This document shows, piece by piece, positions 12,080 through 24,934 of a stretch of DNA of 64,000 nt (positions are counted from its first letter, which is position 1; each line of letters opens with the position of its first letter). The DNA is taken from NCBI RefSeq assembly GCF_001194135.2, contig NC_068994.1, positions 3,323,519 through 3,387,518 of the forward strand. The letters run 5' to 3'. A program made the position numbers and the translations under genes. The notes beneath the pieces are model-generated. The model ran no database searches. It saw only the letters and a program-made list of their open reading frames with translations, and had not been told where the DNA came from. The stretch is from Octopus bimaculoides. Its lineage: Eukaryota.

Positions 12080-12492
12080 AGGACACCTGTGAATGGCCTA
12101 CATTTTAGTAGAGGCACGATGGAAACCGGTCCATAATCTGCACCTCATCAGAAGTAACAGGGATAGGCGTTGGTTGCTTACAACTCAGCTGAGATGAGTC
12201 AGTTGTCTATGCTTCTGAAGGGTTAACTGGGACACCTCTTGGTAACCTACACCCTAGCGAGGAGGCGGGAGAGTAGCTAAGACACCTATCAGCAACCTAC
12301 ATCTAAGAAAAGGCTTCTGGGTCAACTATGGATATCCCAAAACCCAGCAGAGATGGCTGTAATACCTGTGGGAAGCTGGGACAGCTGTGAATAACAATCA
12401 CATCAGCAGAAGTAACCTTTGGGTTGGTGGGACACCTGTTAATAACCCATAACTGAGTAAGGTACCTAGTACCCCTATGGGTAGGCTAAACC
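12080..12492 (+). repeat. Degenerate array of a ~24-nt motif GGGACACCTGTRRTAACCYAMA with variable spacers
   Basis: Copies start at 12080, 12160, 12229, 12279, 12319, 12378, 12429 and 12468. Confidence 0.65.
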
Positions 12493-15217
12493 TCGAGAGA
12501 TATAGTGGATACAACAGTGGTTGGCCATTACCTTCCTGGCTGATCAAATGAAGTACCAGTCAAATTATGGGGTTGATGTCATTTACTAAAGTGGAATTTG
12601 AACTCAAAACGTAAAGACAGAAATTACCTCTAAGCATTTCACCCAACATGCTAATGATTCTATGAGCTTGCTGCCTGTGATTGGAATAAAACCTATAATT
12701 GCAATGAACAGGTGAGAATCTGAATTGGCAACAAATAATCTAAGAAGATATGTGAGAGTAAAAGATAAATAGAAGTTATTGAGGGGAAAGGAACTTATCT
12801 GAGGTTTGGGGATAAAAAAAATTCATTGTGGGAGGTAAGAGACAGTCGTGTTGTAGTAATCCAAGTTTGTCTTTATTAATTTGGTGTTTGGAGTTTTTTT
12901 TCATGAAATCATAACGAGTTTCAAATTAAAGGATCTGTATCACAGCCGGGATTATTAGTCAGGTGATTGAAAAGGTATTAAATAAAACATGAAGACATCT
13001 TAAAGACAAAAGAATGGTTAGCTTTTATTGCTAGATACCCCATTAATAAATGGGGGATGTTACAGAGTCAGGGAATTGCTCCATCTTACAATATTCAGAT
13101 TGAAATTTTGGCTTTATTTGTGGATTACATAAACAGCATACATCCTTGGCACAAGCAACTAATTTAGACACATTTTCTTTACAAGACTAATTAGAATAAA
13201 TGAGAAGATGGTGGAGTTGGAAACGGGGTTTGGTTCGACCAAATCTTGGAGGATTTCCATTAAAGCACTTTTTGTTACTAAATTTTGAAAATCCTTTCAA
13301 TACGAATGGGGTTTTCATACCCTTTTAAAAACACATCTGACAGCAATCTGATTCAGTAAGTTCATGTTTGATAGAAAAATTCGCTGGAGCCCTCCACTGC
13401 CCACAGATGTTTTATTTTGCACCTATCATTGTCTTGCTTGTTCCAATTTGAAGAACATTCTGCTTTTGAAGTTATTTTAATTTGTACAGGCCTCGAGCTG
13501 GAAACTAGTTTGACTACCATAGTACTCCACATTAGCAAGTTCTACTCTTGCAACTGTTAGTCATTGTTTTTCAGTTATCCAGGGTCAATAAGGTATGTAC
13601 TAGATAAATATTGACGAGTTAATCACCTGGAATCTAGGACAAAAGATGATTATAGCTCAATGGATCTCAAATGTGTACACACACACATTAACAGTTGAGT
13701 GCTGATAGCATGCTACCACACTTACAGCACTTGACTATTCAAAGAAATTCTTCACCCACCAATGAAGTGCTCACTTTCTTGTTTGTGACTTATGTATGTT
13801 GATATAAATATACATAATTGAATGGCAATGGGACAAGAATTATGTAGCTACCTATCAATATTGCTCTACCTCTGCAAAATCATTAAATATAATTATGTTT
13901 GATGATACACTACTTATTGATAAGTGGTTCTATGTATAGTTAATTACGAAACCAGTGGAACATTGATTAAAAGATTACTCGAGCCATTTCAGTAGGGTGA
14001 CATTATTTAATTTTTATTAGAAAAAGGTAGGCAGTGGCTTCAAAATTTCAGGTTAATTGCCTCCAACAGTCTCATGAAGACAACTAAGAGGGAACTTTGA
14101 AGTCACTGTCAACATTTTTCTTGCAAAACTAAAATAAACACACCTGAGATTATTCTTGAAAGAGAGAGAAAATATAATGAAAGTGCTAGTTAGGTTCTCA
14201 CTGTCATCTTTGGAACACTAGTTGCATGTGTTGCAGTTTTCACTCTTGCCTGTGTGGCTGAACACCACTACACAGCAGCAGAGAAAGAAATGATAGATCA
14301 CAGAACAATAGGGACAATGGTCACTCAAAAACACATTTCCCAAAAGTATATAAATGCACACACACACCCTTGTATTGGTTCCTGTCATTGGACTGTAGCC
14401 ATATTAAGGTAATGGCTTTCATAGGTTTTAATCAATAATATTGACCCTGATACTTATTACACTTGAATAATTACGATTGATTATTGTTTGAAAAAGCTAA
14501 ATCAAGGTTTTGACATGAAGGGACATAACTCAAAACACCACAAACCATATTTGTTCATTATTGTCTGCTTCCATGTTAGCATGGGTCAGACAAGTAAATA
14601 ATTAAGGTATTGTTTTACAGCCAGATGATGCCCCACTTTTTTTGTTTGAGGGATTTTGTATTCTACACACCTTCAAAGGCAGGAAGCAAGCAAAGTTCAA
14701 ACAATTTTCAACTAAGTGAGCACATGTGTGGGCTTCTTTCTAGTTTCTGACTACCAAATCAACTGAGAAGACTTTAGCCTGTCCACACTGGCACAAATGT
14801 GTGTCTTGACTGAATGAAATCCAGGACATTGAGCTGAGGGAAGCCATTGATACAATATATACCATCCAACAGCTGTTACCATGACAACAACATTAGAGCT
14901 AAGAAAATTATCAAAGCCAGCTCGGTAGGCAATGTTGTTCAGCCTTAAGTCAACTCTCAGCAGAAGTGCTCCAGCTATGGCCAACCTGACTAAATATATA
15001 TATATATATCTAACACATGGTAGACCCAATCCATTATTTGGCAATAAGAAGGTATTCCGAACTACACTGTCAAGCATTCCTTTTTTTCATTTCTATTGAC
15101 AGGATGTAATTTGGTTGCTATTTCTAATGGGCTAGGCAACCATCAAAAGGATCCCACTTTGTTCCCAGAGATGATATTGTAAACATTGCTTGCATGTCTG
15201 TTTAGATTGTGTGTGTA

Positions 15218-15362
15218 AAGCTACAAATAACAAAATATTAGGTAAAAAAAAAAAAAACCTTTTGGAGAGAAAAAGTGAAAGGCTGCCCTTTTGGCAGCCT
15301 CCAAACGTTTCTATCCAATGAGTTTTCTAAACCCAATATTTATGTGCTGTTATTTGTAGCTT
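15218..15362. repeat. Small palindromic element with 15-bp terminal inverted repeats and a central hairpin
   Basis: AAGCTACAAATAACA (15218-15232) / TGTTATTTGTAGCTT (15348-15362); central AGGCTGCC-CTTTT-GGCAGCCT at 15280-15300. Confidence 0.7.
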
Positions 15363-17724
15363 CATTTATTTTGAGTTCCACCATCAAAGGCAAATATTAT
15401 ATATATATATTCTAATAAGAACTTATTTCGACCCTGAAGAACTAACCCATTCAAGCATAGCAAACAGATCAACCCACCCCATCACTGGGTCCATTGCTAT
15501 CAGCACTTTAACCTGCCCTCCCCTCACTCTCCTCCTAAAATTTCTCTTCCCCTTCCCCAAGTGTTGCTTCCTTTGGTATTCCCCCACCCACCTACATTCT
15601 CTTACAATGTTCTCTCTTGTCTATAAGCTACAAGGCAACCAGGGCTGGTGTCATGAAAAAATGTATTCAGGACACTATAAAATGGTTCATTCTAGGAAGG
15701 GTCTCCAACCCTAGAAACCTTGTCAAAGCAAACATAGGAGCAACAAGTGGTCCTTGGATACGTTAGAACTTGTTAAACTGTCCAATCCATGCCAGCATGG
15801 AAAGTGGACGTGAAATGATCTTATATATATATATATAAAGGTAGGCATGTATGTAATGATAATGCATCTTATCAAGTTTGTTCATGTTTTACATCTGTGA
15901 GTTATACATGAACACAGTTATAGGTAATCATTTTTATATATATTATATATATACACACACAGACGTATGTATGTATACACATGCATGTGTGAGCTACAGA
16001 TAAAAAAGTTATGGAGTAAACACACGTCTAAAGCCCTGTTCTTTCTACTATTTGCATGTAAAAGTTGCTTGTATGTCTGTCTAGATTGAGTGTCATACAA
16101 AAAGTTAGCCATTTGTAGTTCTGTGCACTAACACAGATTTATATTTAAAAAAAAAAACAACTTACAACTGAACTGAAACAATAAAGTGTGAGGTGGGTGG
16201 GGATGCTGTAACACCTGACCAAAGTAACTGATAGGATGGAATAAATGTAATGAAATAACATGGTGGTGACAGTTTCAGTTTTGTATTTTTTGCCATTTGG
16301 GGGAATCAGAGAAACTGCTGCTGCTTCCCTTTTCAAGAAGAGGCTCCAGCAAAAGAGTAGGCTCCAGGAAGAAACTTCTCCTCAAAACAGAAACCAAATT
16401 ACACTTTCCCTCTCAATGCTTCCAAGTACAAGCTGATATCAGCAACAGACAAAATGGTTATTAGTGGTTCTGAGATGGTAATTCTATGGGAGAGGAGAGT
16501 GGGGGGAAATGATAAAACCTGGAGTATAAAGTCGCTTACTTTGATGCGGTGCTTTCATCTGTTCCAGCTTGCTACATCCCTGGGGAAACCCAATCAGACA
16601 GGCCGGATACAGTAGAACAGACCATAAGAGTGCCAATTGGATGCAATTTCATTTTTAAAATGTATAAATTTTTTAAGGAAGCAATGAGACACCATAAAAG
16701 TGAAAAAAAAAATCCCAAATAATAGAAAAAAACAAGTCAAACTCCTATTGTTTTAGTTTGTCAATAAGGAGCTGTTTCCTATATAACATATATATATATA
16801 GATAGATAGATGTATGTATGTATATACATTGTATGAATGTATGTATGAGAGGAGTTACATTTTGATAGAATACATAAATATACTGCACTGCTATACAAAT
16901 GATCTGGTAGCAGTTATAATGCGATGGTTGATGTTACAGGTTGACTGTTTGAATTGTAAGATTGACATTAAGACAAGAGAATCTGCTGCACAACATTTTA
17001 AGTTGACTCACAAAAAATACCGTCCCCACACTTCTATATTTCAGTTTGTGTTGATACAGCTCAATGATTTCAATCAAAAATGATTATTTGTTTGCATATT
17101 ACAGGGCTGACAGCCAATACTTTTTGTTGTTTTAAATTAAAAGGTTCAAATTTCCTCCACTTTATCGCCTCCATGTTTGCATATTTTACAAGTGTTGTTT
17201 TTCATTTCTTCTCAACAAAATCAACTCCTGATACAACTGGGTAATTTCATTCACCACATCAAATTAGGTAACATATCCATACACAAAGTGTAAAATAAAA
17301 ACTGCTTTACAAAACAGCAAAAACGTCCACTGCTGACATCTGGCTGTCGATCAATTCACATTTTCACCGGCATCTTGAAATAAAACTGTAAGATAGCCAT
17401 CACATTACAACTAGGATTGAAAAATATATTTAATAATTGGCTGCACTAATTCACGTTTCTAGGTGATGCTTACTTCCATAACTTGAATTTTTAACCAAAT
17501 TTCAATGATGTTATGTAGCTGCGACCGACTGGTTTGGCAACTTGCAGCAGACAGCACAACCCTGTTGAGAGTGTTACAGTTGTCATGTTGATCTATTGAG
17601 GTTGTATTGAATTATTGAAAATGTATTGATCAGTTCGGTTGAAATAAGGAAACTTTCCACCAAATATAGACACTTGAAAATATTTAGTGAGAAAGGAGGG
17701 GAAATGGTTGACTGTGGGAACATT

Positions 17725-17756
<32 letters not shown>

Positions 17757-18008
17757 GAAGAAGGCCTTGTGATACAACCTAGAAATTGTAGTGAAATGAC
17801 TGTTTGAAAAATCAGGTGAACCTGTCATCAAACCTGCAGCTGACATGAGATACTGTTGTGATTTAAAAGAAAATGTAAGAGTTTTAGAAGACAACTGTTT
17901 GAGTAGATCTGTCGTAGACTGAGGTGGAAAGGGAATTTCATAAACTACAGGTGTGAATGAATGTCCGTTCTCATGTGATTTTTGTGGGTTGAAAGTAAAG
18001 CTGAATAT

Positions 18009-20009
18009 CTAGGTCAACTCTTTTTGTCGTACAGATGGGATAGGATTAGGGGGTTTAGGCCACGTAGGGCTCCATCCTGAAGACACTGGGAAACCCCTGG
18101 GCCAACTGTAACTATTGTCCCAGTGGGATGACATTTGATGGATGTAAGAGGATGACATCTGCATTGGTGTGTTGGAGGTTAAGTGGGATTGAGTCTGCTG
18201 ATGGGACCCGCTGGATCGCGGAGAAAGGGATGATGATGGATGGCTATTGGGGTCCCTGTGGTGCTTGTCTGCATTATTAGAAGAGGCAGATTGATTTGTA
18301 GAGTTGGTGTTGCTGCTGCTGCCTCGATTATGAGATGAATGGGAGTTAGACTTGGAGTTGAGGCTTGAGGCAGGTGGAGTATCAGAGTCATGTTGAGTCA
18401 AGGATGTGGTAGAGTATGTCTTATCTCCTGTTGTGTTGCTGCCGCCGCCACCACCACCACCGCCACCGCCGCCACCTGCCCCAGCACCAGGTGAAACAGA
18501 AGACCCAGATGGTGGCTGAATGGTACTGGAGGAAGTACCATCATAGCTGTAGAGCTTTTCATTATTATTACTATTGCCAACAGAAGAGACATGAGATCGT
18601 TCATGGCTCTTCAAATCTGCTTGGTGAGAGAAAGACTTCCTACAAATGGTGCAGTGGAATATGTTCGATGATGACCCTGTTGTGCGGGACACCATTCCGG
18701 GAGTGTTCTCTGACATTGAGACTGGTGGAACCACTACTTCTCCAACGTGGGTCTTCTCATGATTCAGCAATGTAGTTTGGTGTGTGAACGATTTCTGACA
18801 TATCGAACACGTGAATGGCTTCTCGCCCGTGTGTGTTCGTTCGTGATTCTTCAGTGTGGTTTGATGTGCAAATGTCTTCAAGCAGGTTGTACAATGATAA
18901 GGTTTCTCCCCTGTGTGAACACGTTCGTGATTCAACAGAGATGTTTGATGGGCAAATGATTTCATGCAAATCGAACATTTGTAAGCCTTTTCAGTTGAAT
19001 GGCATTGCTCATGGTTTTTCAAGGTGGTTTGATGGGTGAAACTTTTCTCACACTGGGTACATTTGTACAAACGTTCCCCCGTGTGGATGCGTTCATGAAT
19101 TGTCAGTGTTGTCTGATGGGAAAAAATTTTGTCACAAACTGAACACTTATAAGGTTTTTCTCCAGTGTGTACCCGCTGATGGTTGATAAGAGTGGTTTGG
19201 TGAGCGAACGTCTTCAGACATGTTGGGCAATGATAGGTTTTCTCCCCGGTGTGAATACGTTGATGGTTGATCAGCGTGGTCTGGTGAGCGAACGCTTTCA
19301 TACATATCGAACACTTGAACGGTTTCTCTCCAGTATGTGTTCTCGCATGGTTTATAAGCGTAGTCTGATGAGCAAAATTTTTATTGCAGATCGAACACCG
19401 ATATGGTTTTTCACCTGTATGAATACGCTGGTGGTTGACCAGTGTAGTCTGGTGAGCAAACGTCTTGCTGCAGATTGAACAGTTGTATGGTTTCGCACCA
19501 GTATGAACTCGTTCATGGTTTTGTAGAATGGTCTGATGGCTGAAAGACCTTTCACACATAGAACACTTGAAAGGTTTCTCCCCAGTGTGAACGCGTTCAT
19601 GTATCCGCAAGTAATCTCGCTGGCTGAATGCCTTTGTACAATATTCACAACTGAAGTGGGTCTGACTCAAACCTGCAGCCGATGCACGTTCGTGGTTCGT
19701 TAAATTAGCCATTCTTGAAAACCCCTTCCGACAAATATCACATCGATATGGTTTCTTATGGGCCAAACTATGCTGAATGGACATCTGTCTGTGATGATGA
19801 TGCTGGTAGGAATTGTTCATGAAACTTATACTGTTGGTAATTCCTGTATTGGTTGATGATGTAATCCCTGTATTGGATGATGGCGTACTGGTAGGTGGGG
19901 TCTCTGTCTCGGGCTCCGAAGTTGGAGGGTAACTTTTACCCCCATTGAAATCAAAGGTTCCAAAAAACTGTTTCCCCATTGGGGTGTATACAGACTGTAC
20001 GGAATACAT
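18009..20009 (-). CDS. C2H2 zinc-finger protein ZNF-B, 666 aa, 12 intact fingers plus 1 degenerate, Ser/Gly/Asn-rich C-terminus
   Basis: Eleven tandem fingers with TGEKPY-type linkers (CEYC to CSICQK), one isolated C-terminal finger (CTICRK...HERSH), and an N-terminal finger lacking its last His (HERAS). Acceptor candidates at 20614-20615 (TTTTTTCTTCTTCCAG on minus) and 20149-20150. Confidence 0.95.
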   Translation of the reverse strand: MYSVQSVYTPMGKQFFGTFDFNGGKSYPPTSEPETETPPTSTPSSNTGITSSTNTGITNSISFMNNSYQHHHHRQMSIQHSLAHKKPYRCDICRKGFSRMANLTNHERASAAGLSQTHFSCEYCTKAFSQRDYLRIHERVHTGEKPFKCSMCERSFSHQTILQNHERVHTGAKPYNCSICSKTFAHQTTLVNHQRIHTGEKPYRCSICNKNFAHQTTLINHARTHTGEKPFKCSICMKAFAHQTTLINHQRIHTGEKTYHCPTCLKTFAHQTTLINHQRVHTGEKPYKCSVCDKIFSHQTTLTIHERIHTGERLYKCTQCEKSFTHQTTLKNHEQCHSTEKAYKCSICMKSFAHQTSLLNHERVHTGEKPYHCTTCLKTFAHQTTLKNHERTHTGEKPFTCSICQKSFTHQTTLLNHEKTHVGEVVVPPVSMSENTPGMVSRTTGSSSNIFHCTICRKSFSHQADLKSHERSHVSSVGNSNNNEKLYSYDGTSSSTIQPPSGSSVSPGAGAGGGGGGGGGGGGSNTTGDKTYSTTSLTQHDSDTPPASSLNSKSNSHSSHNRGSSSNTNSTNQSASSNNADKHHRDPNSHPSSSLSPRSSGSHQQTQSHLTSNTPMQMSSSYIHQMSSHWDNSYSWPRGFPVSSGWSPTWPKPPNPIPSVRQKELT

Positions 20010-22008
20010 GTTTAAGGTTTAGAAGAGTTATGTAGCAGCAGGTTTGGTTGAGGAGAGCAGAATTTTAGTGTTAGAACAAGAAGAACTGAAGAAAGCACCC
20101 TGCCAAGTCTAGCATCTGTTATCAACTGGTTCCACCCACTGAAAGTACTTTGATCGAAGGATTGCTTTGCTCCAGCATGGCTGTGGCTGCAGAGACTAAA
20201 AATAAACTAAAGAACCAAACAGATGGATTTTACGATGTCAACACACACATTTTCAAACACATGTACACACACAGACACACACACACACACATACATATAT
20301 TCCTTAATTACAGGTACATAGTTGACAGGTAATTAATTATCAAAAGATTTCATCAACTCTTTGACATTTTGATTTCAGGAGATTCTCTGTCAATTGACAC
20401 TGTGTTTGGTGGTGGTGGTGGTGGTGGTGGTGGTGGGATTGAAGGGGTATCTCTGGGATGTCAACACTGTCACATTGGTAGAAGAGTTTATTCAAAGATC
20501 CCCTATCGACATACAGAGCAACTTCTGCAGGGGTTTGTTAGATGCTCGGTTTAATCCTGTGAATTACATCTGGGAACCATCTGACAGGAATCTGTTAGCA
20601 ACAGAGAGGAAACCTGGAAGAAGAAAAAACCCCAGAAAATGAATGAATTATTAGAAATTAATGCAGATAATTTAATGAAGACATTTTTCATTGTTAAAGT
20701 AACAAAACAAAAAAAAGAAAAATTAAAAGAGGCTAATCTTAAATATTTGTTAAGACCTGATTCTTATAGTCCAAAGTGGATTAAAGAATGGTCAACTATT
20801 TGATGGAAGTGTAATGTTTGACAGACATGGGACTGCATGGAAAGTTTCCTTGCCTCTAAAAGGCTTAACTGCATCATTGTTCCTTTTTAACTGAAATTTT
20901 CATAATTATCATTAACCCTTTAGCATTTAGTCCAGCCAGATCCAGTCCAAATAGTCTACCAGTTTTATATTCAAATTGGATAAATCTGATTAAGTATTTT
21001 TTGCCGAGAGTGTGAACAATTAATCATTTTGCCTGGCATGCTCATGATTCCAATAGTTCACTGCCATAAATAATAATAATAATAATAAATGCCCTGATGC
21101 AGTGCCAGGCAGTGGCTCTCATGGCTTCTCTTCTTAACTGATTGGAAGTGTTATCATGTACATTGTTTTGTCTTAGTATAAAAGATGGGCTATAGCAAAT
21201 ATTCTGCTTAATATCACAGATTTGCTTGTCAGGTGTTTGACCTTAAACAGTTGAGCATGTCCCTTGGTGACTGACAATATGTGCATCATAGCCATGTGTT
21301 GAGAGGAATTCTTTGGGGTTTGAATAATTCACCTCTGGAAACATGGGTGTTTCATTCAATACCCATAAACATATTTTTTAATGTTATACTTTTATTTTTT
21401 GGTTGGGATATTGTGCTTCCCTTCCCTTTTATGTGAACTGTCAAATGTAGCCCCAACACTCTGTACTGTCTTAAAACTGAAACCCCTGCCCTGTGGAGTT
21501 CAATTGTTGAATGAATGAGAATAACATTAATGTCACTCCATGAAGAATATAGTTTGAACATTGGAGGATTATTGCATTAGATGCTTCTATCTATGGCATA
21601 ACTGGCACTCCATCAGTTACAATAACAAGAGTTCCAGTTGATCCGATCAACAGAATAGCTTGCTTGTGAAATGAATGTGCAAGTGGCTGAGCGTTCCACA
21701 GACACACATGCCCTTGACGTAGTTCTCTGGGAGATTCAGCACAACACAGAATGTGACATGGCTGGCCTTTTGAATTATAGGTACAACTCATTTTTGTCAA
21801 CTGAGTGAACTGGGGCAACGTGAAATAAAGTGTCTTGCTCAAGGACTCAATGTGTGTCTGGATATCAAACTCACAACCTTACATTTGTAAGCTGAATACC
21901 CTAACCATTAAGCTAAATGCCTTTACTAATGGTAGAGACATCACAGACAAACAGCTATAAGTATGTTAACATCATGGCTTGATGCATCCACTAACCACGG
22001 AATTAGTC

Positions 22009-22226
22009 TTAATCCTTTAGCATTTAAACAGGCCATATTTGGTCCCAAATATTCTACCAGTTTTATGTTCAAACCAACTTGATCTGGCCTCTCGCACCTA
22101 CCCTAACATGTCATTCTAAAAATAAACAATCATGTCATTAAAATCTCAAAACAACAAGATAATTGAAAGCAATGTAAATAAATAAGCATAACATTTGATA
22201 GAATAATCTGAATGTTAAAGGGTTCA
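22009..22226 (+). mobile_element. TTAA-type (piggyBac-like) MITE, family A
   Basis: Ends TTAATCCTTTAGCA...TGTTAAAGGGTTCA. Related copies at 20932 (partial), about 37485-37690 and 53286-53700 (-). Confidence 0.7.
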
Positions 22227-23004
22227 ACTACAGCAAATAAGGTGTTGCTGCTTAGCTCTGACCCTATCCTGTTTCAGCCGAACCATGATTAAATATTCCA
22301 AGCATGACCGTCCCATCATCTTTAGGGTTAATATACCTAGCATTATAGCCATACCATCCCCCAGTCAAGTAAGACACTAACGCCTGTAGTATTTGACAAG
22401 TTACAACATTCATGGATTTACAGTGGGCCCCTAGTATGTGTCCAGCCAGGAGTACATTATCTGATGCCCTACCATGTTTAGACCGGTAGAATATGATTTG
22501 AGGGAGATTCAGTTGATATTTCTAGCAAGAAGAGCGACCTTTTAAAAGCTTCCTTCTTATAAGATGTTTACGAAAGGTCAACATTATTGATGAAACCTGC
22601 AAGATATAAGATTTTGGTTTGGAAGAACCTGTAAGGGCCCTGAATATGCCTTCCTCTGCCAACCACCCAGAATACACCAACAAAACATCAGCATCTGATT
22701 CAACTTTCTGTCCCACCAAAAGCTCAAGTTTAAGAAAAGAGAAGGGTGTGGTTGGGGGGGGGGGGTAGACAAAGATTTCCAGAAGAGACTTGAATGATTG
22801 GTTGAGAGTTTCTAATCAATAGATAAAATTTAATGATCTTGTGTTTTCATCAGTTTTCCATTTCAGAAAGGAATATATTGTTGTTTATCTCAAGATCAAC
22901 TCTGATCCAGCCATTCGCTGATCAAAGAGCTTCCAGCTGTGATCATCCTGCATTTCTTCAGATATAGTCTATTTAGGTTGTGGGTTACGATTTTCTTCAC
23001 TACT

Positions 23005-23345
23005 TCAGGGAGTGACAGACAACCCTGCCTGACACGAGTTCTAGGCTCAGCCGGCTCCGGCTGACAGTACCCGGCATGGGCCCCTATCGAGGGTTACGGA
23101 AAGGAGACAACCTTCAAAGAAATCCAGAGTGGAGCCCCGTAGGCGGTTTAGTGTTCGACTCGACACTCTTCCGGCATCTCCTGCAACCAAGCTGGTGTCA
23201 AATGTAGTGCTCTGCACTCCTTTGGACTACGTCAGCAAGGTCAAGAGAGGAATCCTGACGACTGGGCTACCCAGGATTTTCTTACATCTACCCCAGGCCT
23301 GCGCAAAACTTGAGAGGACACTTCAGTGCTGCTGTAAAAAGTGGC
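23005..23345 (+). mobile_element. GC/CpG-rich segment, possibly the 5' UTR of the adjacent RTE element
   Basis: Sharp compositional island about 280 bp upstream of the RTE 3' fragment, with hairpins at 23047-23064 and 23262-23274. The assignment is inference only. Confidence 0.35.
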
Positions 23346-23624
23346 AGATGCGCAACTCCATTGTGAATAAGATTAAAGAAACAACTGGGCAACATACTAC
23401 ATAAACAATCTTTTGTACCAATCAATCACTCTCGCTCTCTTTAGCTTCAACTAATGACAATCAGCTGTGTAAACTACTTGATGTCGATGCACAGAAGGTA
23501 ACCAGTTGTTGATTAAAAAGCCACTCAAATCCTCCACCCTTGACATCATTTCTACAGCCATTTTTCAATGCCTTCATGTTTTGTTTTTCCTAATGGCTTA
23601 GTTAGAGCAAAGTCCATGACCTAT

Positions 23625-24934
23625 TTCAAGGAGAAAGTCATCATCAGGTGGAGGATGCTCTGAAAGTATTGTTTCTAGAATACGAATAGGATGGAGAAAG
23701 TTCAGAGAGTTATTACCTCTGTTGGCAACAAAGGGACTCTTTCTCAGAGTGAAGGGTAGATTGTATGATGCTTGTGTACGAATGGTAGTAAGACATGGGC
23801 TCTGAATGCAGAAGACAGGCGTAGACTGGAGAGAAATGAAGGAAGTATGCTCCATTGGATGTGCATGTACAACAAAGTGCAAACGTATTAAAAGACAAGT
23901 TACACATAAGAGGAATCAAATGCAGTATGCAAGAGAGACGACTACATTGGTTTGGATATGTGTATGAATGAAGACAGTTGTATAAAGAAGTACCAATCAC
24001 CGAAAGTGAATGGTACCCGTGGAAGAGGGAGACCCAGGAAGACATGGGATGAAGTGGTAAGAACCGATCTCAGGAATGTTGGGCCTCACAGAGGAAATGA
24101 CAATGGACTGAGATGTCTGGTGATATGAGGTTCTTGAGAAGACCTACCCACGTCAGCAAAACTGAGTTCTAGAAGTGCTGTGTGTCCCACCCACACGTAA
24201 TAACAAAACTTTTCACACACCCTACCCCAACAAACCAAACTACATCTCTTCTCTTCCTCACATCTCTTCTTTCATGCATTATGCTTACCTCTCACTCCCC
24301 AATCCTGTCCTCATGGCCCTGTTCCCTGTTTCATTGCTATCTCTTCTTTTACTCAACTATCCCATTTATATTCTGATCCCCACCCCTAATGGGTATGCCT
24401 GGCACTCTGCTACCATCTCTCTCCTGCTCTCTTGCTATTTCCAACTCTCTCTCTCTTTCTCCTGCCCTTCCCTCAGGCTGGGTAACCATGTATCTCCTCT
24501 ACAGCAGCACACCTGTTTCTGTCCTCATTCTTGATCACTCTCTCTCTGACAAGGTAATTATGTACTTCCTCTACAGCACGACACCTGTTTCTGTCTCTCT
24601 GCCTCACTATAACCTTTCATCAACTGACACAAGATCACCTCCTCCTCCAATGTCCCCTCCCCTTTCAAAGGATCTTTGTCTTGCAAATTATTTGGTAACC
24701 TTGCCAGTGCTAATGCCACATAAAAAGCATCCAGCAGTAAAAACCTTGCCAAAACTGACCTCGTTTGTGCTGGTGCCATGTAACAAGCACTCAGTCCATT
24801 GTTGTGTAGTTGGTTTTAGGAAGAGCATCCAGCTGTAAAAAACCTGCCAAAACAAACACAGAAGACTGGTGCAGGCTGGTGTCAAACCGTCCAACCCATG
24901 CCAGCATCGAAGGCGGATGTTAAACAATGATGAT
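23625..24934 (+). mobile_element. RTE-clade LINE 3' fragment (RT C-terminus, 3' UTR, ATG-repeat tail)
   Basis: Translates to SSGGGCSESIVSRIRIGWRKFRELLPLL...KGRLYDACV, ERRLHWFG and RGRGRPRKTWDEVVRTDL; ends CCAACCCATGCCAGCATCGAAGGCGGATGTTAAACAATGATGA. Confidence 0.88.

Noticed and set aside
12080-12492. CRISPR-like reading of the motif/spacer array
   Set aside because: Eukaryotic context, highly degenerate repeats, unequal spacing and no cas genes.
18179-19648. Short alternative-frame and antisense ORFs overlapping ZNF-B
   Set aside because: By-products of triplet repeats and the periodic finger array; no independent domain signal.
23255-23280. CTGACGA followed by a 5-bp hairpin
   Set aside because: Followed by GATT instead of GAAA; no stem I or III.
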